Of a stretch of DNA of 64,000 nt, positions 18,511-27,847 are shown piece by piece. The number at the start of each line of letters is the position of its first letter. Positions within the stretch are counted from its first letter, which is position 1. Origin of the DNA: a virus. Location of the stretch: IMG/VR virus record IMGVR_UViG_3300043185_000079. The stretch is one strand, 5' to 3'. The notes beneath the pieces are model-generated. The model saw only the letters and a program-made list of their open reading frames with translations. It was not told where the DNA came from and did not search any database. The position numbers and the translations under genes are program-made.

Positions 18511-19389
18511 ATGTCGAACGGAATCTCCAACGAGGTCAAGCAAAAGCTGATCAGCGAGTACATCAAGACCCCAGCCGGTCGTGCCAAGCTCGCTGCCAGC
18601 CTCACCCAGCCTCTCCGCCTGCGGAGAGACTACACATCGGTCGGCCGCAAGACCTTCCTGGTCGAGCAGCTGCCGGACGGCGCCCTCCCCATCTACGACA
18701 AGGACCCGGATGTCACCGCGTTCATCGTCGGCGAGGAAGGGCAGAACATCGTGGCGGTCACCAAGCCGCGCCGCGTCATCTTCCCGCTGTTCGAGATCGC
18801 CTCGAACCCGGAGATCCCGCTCACCCAGATCAAGGAGCGCCGTTTCGACCTCATCGAGCGCGCCCAGGACCTGGCCCGAGCGCAGATCCAGGCGGCGGAG
18901 GATGAGCGCGTTTTCGCGGTCCTCGATGCCATCGCAACCAACGGCTTCGACTCCGTCCCGGGCGGGACCAACCCCGACATCCCCGTGGTGGCGCCGATCT
19001 CGGGAGCGGTGCTCGCGGATGCCTTCGCCCTGATCGAGCGGCATGATCTCCGGGTCGCACGCGTCTACATGAACGCGCGCGATTACGCGGACATCCGCAA
19101 GTTCGGGCGAGACATCCTCGACATCGAGAGCCAGGCCACGTTGCTCAAGACCGGCCTCCAGGCGACCCTCTGGGGCGCCCAGGTCATCACGAGCCGCATC
19201 GTGCCGGCGGGCACGGTGTACGTGTGCTGCGAGCCTGAGATGTTCGGTCGCATTCCGGTGCGTACCGAACTCACCGTGCTCTCGGCGGACGACCCGAAGG
19301 CGCGAACCATCGGGTTCTCGGTGTTCGAGAATCTCGGCATCGGGGCCTACAACCCGCGTGGTCTGACACGGCTCACCGTCACCCGCTAG
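18511..19389 (+). CDS. Major capsid protein (HK97 fold)
   Basis: Position after scaffold/decoration genes; strongly GC3-biased codons; HK97-like features (IYDKD, EIASNPEI, IQAAEDERVF, TLWGAQVITS, GFSVFENLGIG); followed by a strong hairpin. Confidence 0.88.
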   Translation: MSNGISNEVKQKLISEYIKTPAGRAKLAASLTQPLRLRRDYTSVGRKTFLVEQLPDGALPIYDKDPDVTAFIVGEEGQNIVAVTKPRRVIFPLFEIASNPEIPLTQIKERRFDLIERAQDLARAQIQAAEDERVFAVLDAIATNGFDSVPGGTNPDIPVVAPISGAVLADAFALIERHDLRVARVYMNARDYADIRKFGRDILDIESQATLLKTGLQATLWGAQVITSRIVPAGTVYVCCEPEMFGRIPVRTELTVLSADDPKARTIGFSVFENLGIGAYNPRGLTRLTVTR

Positions 19390-19403
19390 TCTGCGGGAGA
19401 CGT

Positions 19404-19443
19404 GAAGAGGCTCGCTCCATCCGGGGCGAGCCTCTTCTTGATT
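19404..19443 (+). terminator. Probable intrinsic terminator after the capsid gene
   Basis: 15-bp stem GAAGAGGCTCGCTCC/GGGGCGAGCCTCTTC (one G-U), 4-nt loop, short T-rich tail. Confidence 0.7.
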
Positions 19444-19486
19444 CCGAGAGTTTTCGTGTGCTTAGACTTTCGGGTACTGTGGCGGC

Positions 19487-20470
19487 ATGCGTCCCGTTCC
19501 GTGTCCGGTCTCAGAGGAGCGTCTGCGCAGTCTCTACCTCGTCGAGAAGGCCACCGACGCGGAGATCGCTGTCTGCGTCGGTGGTGGAGCGACGCCGGCA
19601 CGCGTGGCTTCGTGGAGGAAGCGACTCGGGATCCGCACTCTCCAGAGGTGGGAGAGGAACTTGGTGTCGTCGATTGAGGGACGCCTGCGCTCCATCCTGC
19701 TGGGTTCGATGCTTGGCGATGGAAGGCTCGTCCGTCGTCCCCACTCGACCTACTACAGCGAGTGTCACGAAGAGGAGCAGCTTCCCTATCTCAAGTGGAA
19801 GATGGAGGAGTGGGGTTCCTGGGTGGCGGTGGAGCCCAAGCTCAACGTCAAGATCAAGGAGGGAAGGACCTACCGCTCATGGCGGTTCCACACCAAGGCT
19901 CACGCCTCTCTGAATGAGTGGCAGGCCCTGTTCTACGAACGGCAGGACAAGGGGTGGAAGCGGCTGGTGCCGGACATCGTGGAGATGGTGGACGACCTCG
20001 CGCTGGCTGTCTGGTACCTGGACGACGGCTTCTGCGGGTGGTGGCCCGACCTCATTTTCGGGGCAGACGCTGGGAGCCGTTCTGTCGCGTGCTCCATCTT
20101 TGAGAAGTTCGGCCTGAAGCCCCGGTGGCATTTGGCGAAGGTTGCCCCCTCCGGGCACGAGACGGGGACCTTTCACATGGAGCGTGAGGACACCGCGGAG
20201 CGGTTCCTTGAGATTGTACGACCGCACGTGCCATCCTGCATGTTGTGGAAAATCGATGGATTCGGGTACGCGTCGGGGCGGAACAACACGATCAAGCGAC
20301 GGCTCGACCGAGGTCTCCTGCGCGAACTTGCATCCGAGGGAGTGTCGCTCCGTCAGATGGCAGAGCGCCTGGGTGTGGGAAGCTCGACGATAGACCGTCA
20401 CCTGCGAAGGTACGGCATCGAGCATCCGCGCTTGAAGGGAAACCCTCGATATCGGGAGGTGGGAGCATGA
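19487..20470 (+). CDS. Free-standing LAGLIDADG homing endonuclease with HTH domains
   Basis: LLGSMLGDG and LAVWYLDDG motifs; C-terminal HTH SLRQMAERLGVGSSTI. Confidence 0.88.
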   Translation: MRPVPCPVSEERLRSLYLVEKATDAEIAVCVGGGATPARVASWRKRLGIRTLQRWERNLVSSIEGRLRSILLGSMLGDGRLVRRPHSTYYSECHEEEQLPYLKWKMEEWGSWVAVEPKLNVKIKEGRTYRSWRFHTKAHASLNEWQALFYERQDKGWKRLVPDIVEMVDDLALAVWYLDDGFCGWWPDLIFGADAGSRSVACSIFEKFGLKPRWHLAKVAPSGHETGTFHMEREDTAERFLEIVRPHVPSCMLWKIDGFGYASGRNNTIKRRLDRGLLRELASEGVSLRQMAERLGVGSSTIDRHLRRYGIEHPRLKGNPRYREVGA

Positions 20471-21396
20471 GCCTCGACGACCTCACCGTCGAGGAGTTCA
20501 AGCGCCTCTACTATGAGGAGCTGTTCACGGAGGCGGAGATCGCCGATCGACTCGGCACTTACCAGGTTGCCATCAACCGTTTTCGGAATCGACACCAGCT
20601 GCCCGCGCTCGGGAAGACAGGCCGTATCGAGCGACAGCTGCCCGATCTCACGGACCTTCAGCGGAACATCCTCGTTGGATCTTTGCTGGGGGACGGCAGC
20701 ATGGCTGCACCGAGCCCGATCACCGCGAGGTTCTCCGAGGGACACAGCTTGGCGCAGAGATCCTACACGGATTGGAAGGCCGAGATCCTGGCTGACTATG
20801 TCTCGCAGAGGTACGAGAGCGTCAAGCACAAGGACGGTCGCACTTACGAGTCGTGGAACTTCGCGACGAGGACGACGACGAGGCTGCGTCCGTACTTCGA
20901 CCTCTTCTACGGATCGGGGGTGCGGGTGTTTCCTGACTCGCTGCCTACGCTGATGAATCCTCTCGTGCTGGCCGTCTGGTACCTTGACGATGGCGGGATC
21001 ATGCAGAAGTTTCATCCGCGGATCGCCTTCGGCCTCGACGATCTGAGCCTCGAGCGCGCGCTGGCCGGGCTCCGAGCGCTAGGATTCCGTCCGACAGTGC
21101 ACGAAGAGCAGAAGTGCCGGACGATCGCCTTCCCGGGCCAGGATCTGCGATTCTACGACATGGTGCGCCCCCACGTCCCACCCTGCATGGCGTACAAGCT
21201 GCCTGTGCTCAGTTCCCGCAAGATCAAGGACGAGAACGCCCGACGGTTGACGGTCGATGTCGCGCAGCACCTCGCCGCGCAGGGCATCTCCGTCACGGAG
21301 ATAGCCAGGCATTTCGGTGTCGGGCGCGCCACGGCCAAGCGTCGCCTCGACGGAGAGATTCCGAAGAGGATGGGACGTCCCGCGAGGAATCGGTGA
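20467..21396 (+). CDS. Second LAGLIDADG homing endonuclease with HTH domains
   Basis: LVGSLLGDG and LAVWYLDDG; ATGA overlap with the previous gene; paralogous to it. Confidence 0.88.
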   Translation: MSLDDLTVEEFKRLYYEELFTEAEIADRLGTYQVAINRFRNRHQLPALGKTGRIERQLPDLTDLQRNILVGSLLGDGSMAAPSPITARFSEGHSLAQRSYTDWKAEILADYVSQRYESVKHKDGRTYESWNFATRTTTRLRPYFDLFYGSGVRVFPDSLPTLMNPLVLAVWYLDDGGIMQKFHPRIAFGLDDLSLERALAGLRALGFRPTVHEEQKCRTIAFPGQDLRFYDMVRPHVPPCMAYKLPVLSSRKIKDENARRLTVDVAQHLAAQGISVTEIARHFGVGRATAKRRLDGEIPKRMGRPARNR

Positions 21397-22610
21397 AATC
21401 GTACCTCGACGTCGACGTCCATGCCGCCGCCATTGAGAGGCTCCGAGAGGTTTTCGCGAACTTCACGAAGGTCTACATCGCCTTCAGCGGCGGCAAGGAC
21501 AGCGGGGTCCTGCTCAACCTGACCGTTGAAGTCGCCAAGGAAGTCGGGAGACTACCGGTCGACGTCCTCTACGTCGACCTTGAGGCACAGTACGCGCACA
21601 CGGCCGACTACGTCCAGCGAACGTTATCCAGGCCCGAGGTGCGTCCGCACTGGATCTGCCTTCCCCTGCATCTTAGGAACGCGGTCAGCCAAGTCCAGCC
21701 TCACTGGCTGTGCTGGGACGAGCAGAAGCGCGACGCGTGGGTACGCGCGATGCCCGAGAACACTGGCGTGGTAAGCGACCCGAGCACGTTCCCGTTCTTC
21801 CGACGGGGCATGGAATTTGAAGAGTTCGTCCCGGAGTTTGGCGAGTGGCTCGCAGCGAGCGAGAACACCGCCTGTCTCGTAGCGATCCGCAGTGATGAGA
21901 GCCTCAACAGGTACAGGACGATCAGGAATGAGGCGAAGGAGACCCTGGAAGGGCGGCCGTGGACGACGCGGGTGACAGACCACGTCTGGAGCTGCTACCC
22001 AATCTATGACTGGAGGACCGAGGACATCTGGACGGCCAACGGTAAGTTCGGGTGGGACTACAATCGGATCTATGACCTGATGCACCTCGCTGGGCTCTCA
22101 TTGCACCAGATGCGGCTTTGTCAGCCGTATGGCGATGACCAACGGAAGGGGTTGTATCTCTTCAAGATGCTCGAGCCGGAAACGTGGTCGAGGGTCGTCG
22201 CGAGGGTCGAGGGAGCGAATTTCGGAAACCGCTACAGCAGGACGCAGTCGCACGTGATGGGGAATTTCAGGGTCTCTCTTCCGCCGGGGCACACCTACGA
22301 GAGCTACGCCAAGTTCCTTCTCGACACCATGCCGCCCTACTTGGCAGCCCACTATCGTCGGAAGATCGACAAGTTCTTGACTTGGTGGTACACGCACGGA
22401 GCCGAGCGGGGTTGTCCGTGTCCGGGGAGGATTCCCGACCAAACGGACCCGAGGCTGGAGAGCAGGCGCGCCGTCCCAAGCTGGCGGAGGATCGCCAAGG
22501 TGCTGCTGAAGAACGACTACTGGTGTAAGGGCTTGAGTTTTGCGCAGACGAAGCGGGAGATGGAGCGACAACTAGCACTGATCGCCAGTTTCTCGGAGGG
22601 GAACGGGTGA
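21393..22610 (+). CDS. ibrA: PAPS-reductase family / DUF3440 protein (IbrA-like)
   Basis: AFSGGKDS PP-loop, IRSDESLNR, YPIYDW, MRLCQPYG, SWRRIAKVLLKNDYWC; GTG start overlaps the previous stop. Confidence 0.88.
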   Translation: MKSYLDVDVHAAAIERLREVFANFTKVYIAFSGGKDSGVLLNLTVEVAKEVGRLPVDVLYVDLEAQYAHTADYVQRTLSRPEVRPHWICLPLHLRNAVSQVQPHWLCWDEQKRDAWVRAMPENTGVVSDPSTFPFFRRGMEFEEFVPEFGEWLAASENTACLVAIRSDESLNRYRTIRNEAKETLEGRPWTTRVTDHVWSCYPIYDWRTEDIWTANGKFGWDYNRIYDLMHLAGLSLHQMRLCQPYGDDQRKGLYLFKMLEPETWSRVVARVEGANFGNRYSRTQSHVMGNFRVSLPPGHTYESYAKFLLDTMPPYLAAHYRRKIDKFLTWWYTHGAERGCPCPGRIPDQTDPRLESRRAVPSWRRIAKVLLKNDYWCKGLSFAQTKREMERQLALIASFSEGNG

Positions 22611-23587
22611 CTTTGAGTCAGGTCGATTTCCTCCGGCGTGCGCAGGCGCGCCATGGCGACCGGTACGACTATTCGGAGAGCCGGTATACGAGGAAAGATC
22701 TGAAGATCGTGATCCGTTGCCCAACGCATGGCAAGTTTGAGCAGCGCCCTGACAATCATTGGAATGGCCATGGGTGTCGCAAATGTGTGCATGATGAGTG
22801 GGCGGCCCATCGTCGGAAGTCGACGGAGAGGTTTATCAAAGATGCCCACACAGTGCATGGAGATAGGTACGATTACGGACTGGTGTGCTATCAGAAGAGC
22901 AACGAGAAGGTTCAGATAGGCTGTATGGTCCACGGGGTTTTCGAGCAGACGCCAAACCAGCACCTGAGGGGAGATGGTTGTCCGCGGTGCGGGGGAACCG
23001 TGAGGCTCACGACGGACGAATTCGTACGACGAGCCCGCTTGTTGCACCGAGATCGCTACGGGTACGATGCAGTCGACTACATCAACATGACCACGAAGGT
23101 GACGGTAACGTGCAAGGAGCACCAGGGATTTTTGGTTACTCCAGCCAACCACCTTTTTGCTAAAAACGGCTGTCCCCTATGTAGGAAATCTAAGGGGGAG
23201 ATGGCTGTCGAGGAGTGGCTGGAGGACCATGGCGTTGTGTACCAGTCCCAGAAGAGGTTCTCTGCCTGTCGACATAAACGGCCCCTCCCTTTCGATTTCT
23301 ACCTCCCTGTGCTCGGTCTTCTGATCGAGTTCGATGGGGATCAACATCGGGGGAATCTTGCTTCGTGGTCCGATTTCTCGCGCGAGGAAGTTCAAAGGCG
23401 AGATGAGATCAAGACTCGATGGTGTAGATTGAACCGGAAACTGCTTCTGCGAATATCGAGAATCAACGCCGTGGCACCGTCTTTGAGGGCGGCGGTTCTG
23501 GGCACTGCTTCAACAAAGGTGGGCTACCGTGTGCTGGAGGATTTTGAGGCGCAGCGGCGTACTTTTGAGAGGCAGGAGAAGGCATGA
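22607..23587 (+). CDS. Putative homing endonuclease (three DUF723-like Zn repeats plus a PD-(D/E)XK/Vsr-like domain)
   Basis: Repeats HGDRYDY..C..HG.F...P..H..G.GC..C; C-terminal PFDFYLP..LIEFDGDQH; lower GC than flanks. Confidence 0.8.
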   Translation: MTLSQVDFLRRAQARHGDRYDYSESRYTRKDLKIVIRCPTHGKFEQRPDNHWNGHGCRKCVHDEWAAHRRKSTERFIKDAHTVHGDRYDYGLVCYQKSNEKVQIGCMVHGVFEQTPNQHLRGDGCPRCGGTVRLTTDEFVRRARLLHRDRYGYDAVDYINMTTKVTVTCKEHQGFLVTPANHLFAKNGCPLCRKSKGEMAVEEWLEDHGVVYQSQKRFSACRHKRPLPFDFYLPVLGLLIEFDGDQHRGNLASWSDFSREEVQRRDEIKTRWCRLNRKLLLRISRINAVAPSLRAAVLGTASTKVGYRVLEDFEAQRRTFERQEKA

Positions 23588-24201
23588 GCGAGATTGTTGA
23601 CAAGCTGCGAGGGCTACTGGCTGCGGCCGGGGAATTGTCCCTGGATGATCGTGTGGAGATCTTCAATGAAGTCTCCCAGACGATGAAGAAATTCCTAGGT
23701 CTTCCACATCCGGTGACTGGCGTGAAATTGGTACGGATTGACACGGTTCGCGGCAACGATTACAACCCGAACGTGGTGGCCCCGCCGGAGATGCGCCTCC
23801 TGCAGCACTCGATCCGCAAGGACGGTGTGACGATGCCGGTGGTCGTCGCGCGGGATCCCGAGACTGGGCAGAACGTAGTGGTGGACGGTTTTCACCGGAC
23901 GACCGTGATCAAGACGTGCCCCGACGTCCACGAGAGTCTGGGGGGTTATGTACCCGTCGTCGACCTCGACAAGACCCTGGAAGATAGAATGACGTCGACG
24001 GTGCGGCACAACTTGGCCAGAGGGACACATCAGGTGGAATTGAGCGCCAAGCTGGTGACGGCGCTGACGAAGCACCACTGGTCCAACGAGAGGATCAGCG
24101 AGGAACTCGGCATGGACCCGGACGAGGTATTGAGGCTCAAGCAGATCACCGGGTTGGCCGAGGCGTTCCGAGATCGCGAGTTTTCCAAGGCATGGGAGTG
24201 A
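23584..24201 (+). CDS. ibrB: ParB N-terminal domain protein (IbrB-like)
   Basis: NDYNPNVVAPPEMRLL..SI..DG.TMPVV, VVDGFHR, TVRHNLARGTH, C-terminal FSKAWE. Confidence 0.88.
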   Translation: MSEIVDKLRGLLAAAGELSLDDRVEIFNEVSQTMKKFLGLPHPVTGVKLVRIDTVRGNDYNPNVVAPPEMRLLQHSIRKDGVTMPVVVARDPETGQNVVVDGFHRTTVIKTCPDVHESLGGYVPVVDLDKTLEDRMTSTVRHNLARGTHQVELSAKLVTALTKHHWSNERISEELGMDPDEVLRLKQITGLAEAFRDREFSKAWE

Positions 24202-24286
24202 CTTGTGTGTTCCTCCCCCCTCGGACCAAGCTTGGAGCGTTGCGGATCTAGTGTGTTGGGTTCCGACCAAGAGAGTAGAAGTGAGG

Positions 24287-24787
24287 ATGCCAGATGCGCT
24301 CGCCCAAATCCGAAAGTTCCGACGTGACGCCGAAAACCCCGACCGCGACCACCTCGCGGGCATCGACATGCTTCGGGGGTGGCTTCGCGGGCTGCACATC
24401 GACGTCGTGATCGGCCACGACACTGCACAGGACATGACGCAGGACGAGATCGCCGCGCGGCTCGGCGAACATCCCCGAGGTCACGAGCGGTTCGCGAAGA
24501 TCGACCCGGCCTGGAGGCCACCGTCGCTCTTCAACCTTCACCGTGATCCGGGAGCGCGATGGGAGCACGGAGTTCCGCATGATCCGAGGTCGCTTGAGTT
24601 GTTCGAGTCCGTCAGCAGGATCGACTTCTCAATGTGCGCCGACTACTTCCATTGGAAGTGGGGAGGCGATGGAGACAACGGGGAGACGCTTATGTACCAG
24701 CTCGATGAGCACTTTCAGCGTCTCGATGAAAGTGTCTATTCAGTCGGTCTACTTGCCCCAAGCAGAGATGGCCATCCTCGTCATTGA
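24287..24787 (+). CDS. Hypothetical phage protein
   Basis: ORF with a WKWGGDGDNGETLMY segment; start uncertain. Confidence 0.55.
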   Translation: MPDALAQIRKFRRDAENPDRDHLAGIDMLRGWLRGLHIDVVIGHDTAQDMTQDEIAARLGEHPRGHERFAKIDPAWRPPSLFNLHRDPGARWEHGVPHDPRSLELFESVSRIDFSMCADYFHWKWGGDGDNGETLMYQLDEHFQRLDESVYSVGLLAPSRDGHPRH

Positions 24788-24965
24788 CCTCATCGACCAT
24801 GTGAAGGACGTGAAGGAACTCGAGAGGATAATCTCGCGCTGGGTCTTCGATCCCGATGCACCGTCCGACGAGGTCCCCGTCGAGGTGGAGACGGCATGGC
24901 GGCTCTTGATCTATCTCAAGGGCGGCAACAGCTACCCAAGTACACGGTCGCGAAACCATAGCTAG
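24768..24965 (+). CDS. Hypothetical protein
   Basis: Short ORF MAILVIDLID... overlapping the previous gene end. Confidence 0.45.
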   Translation: MAILVIDLIDHVKDVKELERIISRWVFDPDAPSDEVPVEVETAWRLLIYLKGGNSYPSTRSRNHS

Positions 24966-25137
24966 GCCGTCCGGAACACCAATCGCCATCTCGCTTGTCG
25001 GCCTGGGTAAGGCGTCGCTCAACGCGGGCCCGGCGAATTGCTGATCCGAACGTGAACTCCTAGCATCCCCTTCAGCCAGCCGACCGTCTTGAGCACCGCC
25101 TCGCGCAGGCCTCTGGAATCGCGGGATGCTGTGAGGC

Positions 25138-25151
25138 CTTAGTCTCTCTAT
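25138..25151 (+). promoter_or_regulatory. Putative phage promoter motif copy (CTTAGTCTCTCTAT)
   Basis: Upstream of AGGAG SD and ATG 25177. Confidence 0.5.
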
Positions 25152-25176
25152 GGGTTTCCGCCGTGCAGGAGACCGC

Positions 25177-26556
25177 ATGCGAGAGGCCCGCCAGAAGGCT
25201 CGGACGCCGGAAAGAGCCAAGCAGCTTTTCGAGGAGTATCGTCGAGAACACCCGGCGACTGAATTATCACCTCGGGACTTCCTGGAGGCCGAGAGGCCCA
25301 AGACGCCCTCCGGGGCGCCCAAGACGCCGGAGGACGCCTTGCTCCGAGAGCGCAGGCAGGACATCCGACAGAGGCGTCCCACTGACCTGCGCGGATACCC
25401 CCCGGACGTCCAGCCCCGCAAGCTCAAGCCCAAACATCGCGAGGAGATCAAGGAATACAACCTTGAGGTCGTCGGCGATGACGCCGTCCAGGCCGTCGAC
25501 ATTGCGAGGAAGGTCCGCGAGGGTATCGAGAGGGGTGCGGACATCTGCAAGTTGTCTCCACCTGTGTGCGTGGGCAACAAGGGCCTCACGCGGGACAAGA
25601 TGCCGCAGATCGAGGGCGGGAAGTCTGTCGCCGAGATGCTGAAATCCGACGATGAGGGCGACAGGGCGAAGGCTCGCGCGATGGTGGAGGCTGGGGCAGA
25701 CCCGGATGATGATCGCCCGATCCTCGCGCAGCTCCTCGCGCACTTGGACCGCAACGGGGTCGGGACGTCCGAGACGAGCGTCTCCGTGGGACGGTTGAAG
25801 GCGACGCAGAAGGAGATTAAGGCTGAGAAGACGTTCAAGATGGCCGATGCCCATCTGCGGGGGAGATTTCCGGGGATCGGTGACACGGTCGTCATATCGC
25901 GCGACGGTTACGTTCTCGACGGCCACCACCGATGGGCGGCCCTGATGACGATCGATCCGTCGCGCAAGATGCGAGTCAAGGTGATCGACATGGACATGGA
26001 TGACCTGCTTGCCGAGGCGGCGGCGTTCCCCGGTGTCTACCGGGCTGACTTCGAGGGTGACCCGCTGGCGAAGGACGAGCAGGAAAAGTACAAGCGAGAG
26101 CACGAGTCTCGGTACAAAGGGCGTAAGAAGTCAGCCTTCGTCGAGCGCGTGCTCGGGCTGGCTCGGCGGAATCCGAAGATCATGGCCGCACTGCATCGCG
26201 AGATGAAGAGAGTGGCTCGCGACGGACGAGATCTCAGGTCTCTGCAGTCGAGAGCCGCAGAGTTCTGGCAGGACCTCCACCACGTGCTCGCGCACAGGTG
26301 GGGGATGGCGACGAAGGTCAAGGAGCGGGCTCCGTATCGCTACGTCGTTGTCCGCAGGGACGGGGAGAGCGTCCTCAGGTACGACCTGGATGGCGACGAG
26401 GACGGCAACTTCGACGTGACCGTGCGGCTCCTCGATCCCTCCGACCGCGGCGGCAACAAGTTCGTCAAGGCTCTGCACGAGGTCCGCATCGGTCCGTCTA
26501 TCGACGGCCTCGTCGATCTCGTAGAGAAGATGACGGAGAAGGTCGTCGCGGGGTAG
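25177..26556 (+). CDS. Multidomain protein with ParB/Srx-like domain
   Basis: LKATQKEI...VVISRDGYVLDGHHRWAA motif; KKSA and KRVA linkers. Confidence 0.75.
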   Translation: MREARQKARTPERAKQLFEEYRREHPATELSPRDFLEAERPKTPSGAPKTPEDALLRERRQDIRQRRPTDLRGYPPDVQPRKLKPKHREEIKEYNLEVVGDDAVQAVDIARKVREGIERGADICKLSPPVCVGNKGLTRDKMPQIEGGKSVAEMLKSDDEGDRAKARAMVEAGADPDDDRPILAQLLAHLDRNGVGTSETSVSVGRLKATQKEIKAEKTFKMADAHLRGRFPGIGDTVVISRDGYVLDGHHRWAALMTIDPSRKMRVKVIDMDMDDLLAEAAAFPGVYRADFEGDPLAKDEQEKYKREHESRYKGRKKSAFVERVLGLARRNPKIMAALHREMKRVARDGRDLRSLQSRAAEFWQDLHHVLAHRWGMATKVKERAPYRYVVVRRDGESVLRYDLDGDEDGNFDVTVRLLDPSDRGGNKFVKALHEVRIGPSIDGLVDLVEKMTEKVVAG

Positions 26557-26824
26557 AACGCCCCGATGGATAGGCTCAAGGGTCCGGCACTCCTACTCGC
26601 GGCTCGCCATACGGCTCCGCGAGATGGCGGCCACGCATGCCGGCTATCGTGTCACGTTCCAGGACGAGGACACGTGCGTGGGACGGGGGGGTCGGTCGGC
26701 CCCCGTTCGCGTCGCCCGCCTGTCCGTGTTCGTCCCGCAGCCGGCCTTCCGCAGGGCTCTGGAGAGCAATCCAGGCTTCGCCATGGCCCTGGAGCAGGGG
26801 CCGTCATCGGACAGGGAGAGCTGA

Positions 26825-26840
26825 CGTTCCACGTGGAACG
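26825..26840. promoter_or_regulatory. parS: parS-like centromere palindrome CGTTCCACGTGGAACG
   Basis: Perfect palindrome (18 bp, 26824-26841) fitting the chromosomal parS consensus GTTNCACGTGNAAC; intergenic. Confidence 0.8.
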
Positions 26841-26882
26841 TGTTTCCCCGTGCTGTCCCGTATTTTCAGGAGAAAGCCTCCG

Positions 26883-27122
26883 ATGAGCTATCGCGTCTGG
26901 GACAAGATCAACAGCGATGAGGAGCACGCCGAGGAGGTCGAGGCCAACTCGCCCGAGGAGGCGGCCGAGCGGTACGCCGAGGACGACGTTGACGGGAACA
27001 TCGACGGAATCTACGTCAACGGCCACGTCCTCCGCGTCCGCGATCCCGAGGGTGTCCTCCATGAGATCGCCGTGACGGTCGAGTTCGACCCTGTCTACTA
27101 CACAAGGAAGGTAGGGGAATGA
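26883..27122 (+). CDS. Hypothetical protein
   Basis: AGGAG SD; 79-aa acidic ORF. Confidence 0.6.
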   Translation: MSYRVWDKINSDEEHAEEVEANSPEEAAERYAEDDVDGNIDGIYVNGHVLRVRDPEGVLHEIAVTVEFDPVYYTRKVGE

Positions 27123-27502
27123 CTGAGCACGGCGCGAGCGTTTCGGTTTTCCGGCGAGCCGTACAGAAGGCACAGGAAAAGCCGGAGGTAGGAGGTTCGG
27201 CCTTCAGGACGCACTTGGCTTGTGTCTTCGGAGAATGTGCCTCGTCATTCTCGAAGGACTTACTGGAGCTGCTGTACGACGTATGGCTGTTGGGAGTCAA
27301 GATCGGGGAGGGCACCGCATGCGAGGCATGCGGGAACATAGGTGACGTGCAGCCTGAGGATTCCCGCACGATGTACGAGTGGAACGGAGACGGCGATAAT
27401 CCAAACAGCCCAATTCGCCTTTGCCGAGACTGTGCCGCAGACCACCACGCGAATTGGGATGAGACGTGGCGAGAGTACAAAGCCAGTCTCCTGTGGCGGT
27501 AG
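27119..27502 (+). CDS. Hypothetical Zn-finger protein
   Basis: CEAC...LCRDC; ATGA overlap. Confidence 0.55.
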   Translation: MTEHGASVSVFRRAVQKAQEKPEVGGSAFRTHLACVFGECASSFSKDLLELLYDVWLLGVKIGEGTACEACGNIGDVQPEDSRTMYEWNGDGDNPNSPIRLCRDCAADHHANWDETWREYKASLLWR

Positions 27503-27503
27503 C

Positions 27504-27728
27504 ATGGCAATCGTGGAGCGCCGCGAAGATGTTCTGTCGAGAATTCGCCGAGACGCCGATCTTGGGTACTGCTACTGTGGGAGTAGATTCGTCGACCACG
27601 ACTTTGACTGCCCACCGCTCGGCGAGAGGCGGTGCGGAGCGTGTGAGGGACGGGGAAAGGTTCGGACCATTGGGACAGGTCAGCATCCGTGGCGGAGATG
27701 TTCGGACTGCGGCGGCCGTGGGTGGTGA
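27504..27728 (+). CDS. Small DnaJ-type Zn-finger protein
   Basis: CGACEGRG...CSDCGGRG repeats. Confidence 0.55.
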   Translation: MAIVERREDVLSRIRRDADLGYCYCGSRFVDHDFDCPPLGERRCGACEGRGKVRTIGTGQHPWRRCSDCGGRGW

Positions 27729-27847
27729 GCCAGCCTATCGGACATCCTCAGCAAGTCATGGATGACGAACTTCCACGATCCTTTCCCCATCGACAACCTC
27801 AACCGAGCGGCATCCGTGGCATCAGGAGGCGCCGTCGCCCGCGGGAG

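Noticed and set aside
19390-21396. Group I intron carrying the LAGLIDADG genes
   Set aside because: The capsid gene is complete with a stop and terminator, there is no space for a ribozyme core, and no interrupted exon continues downstream.
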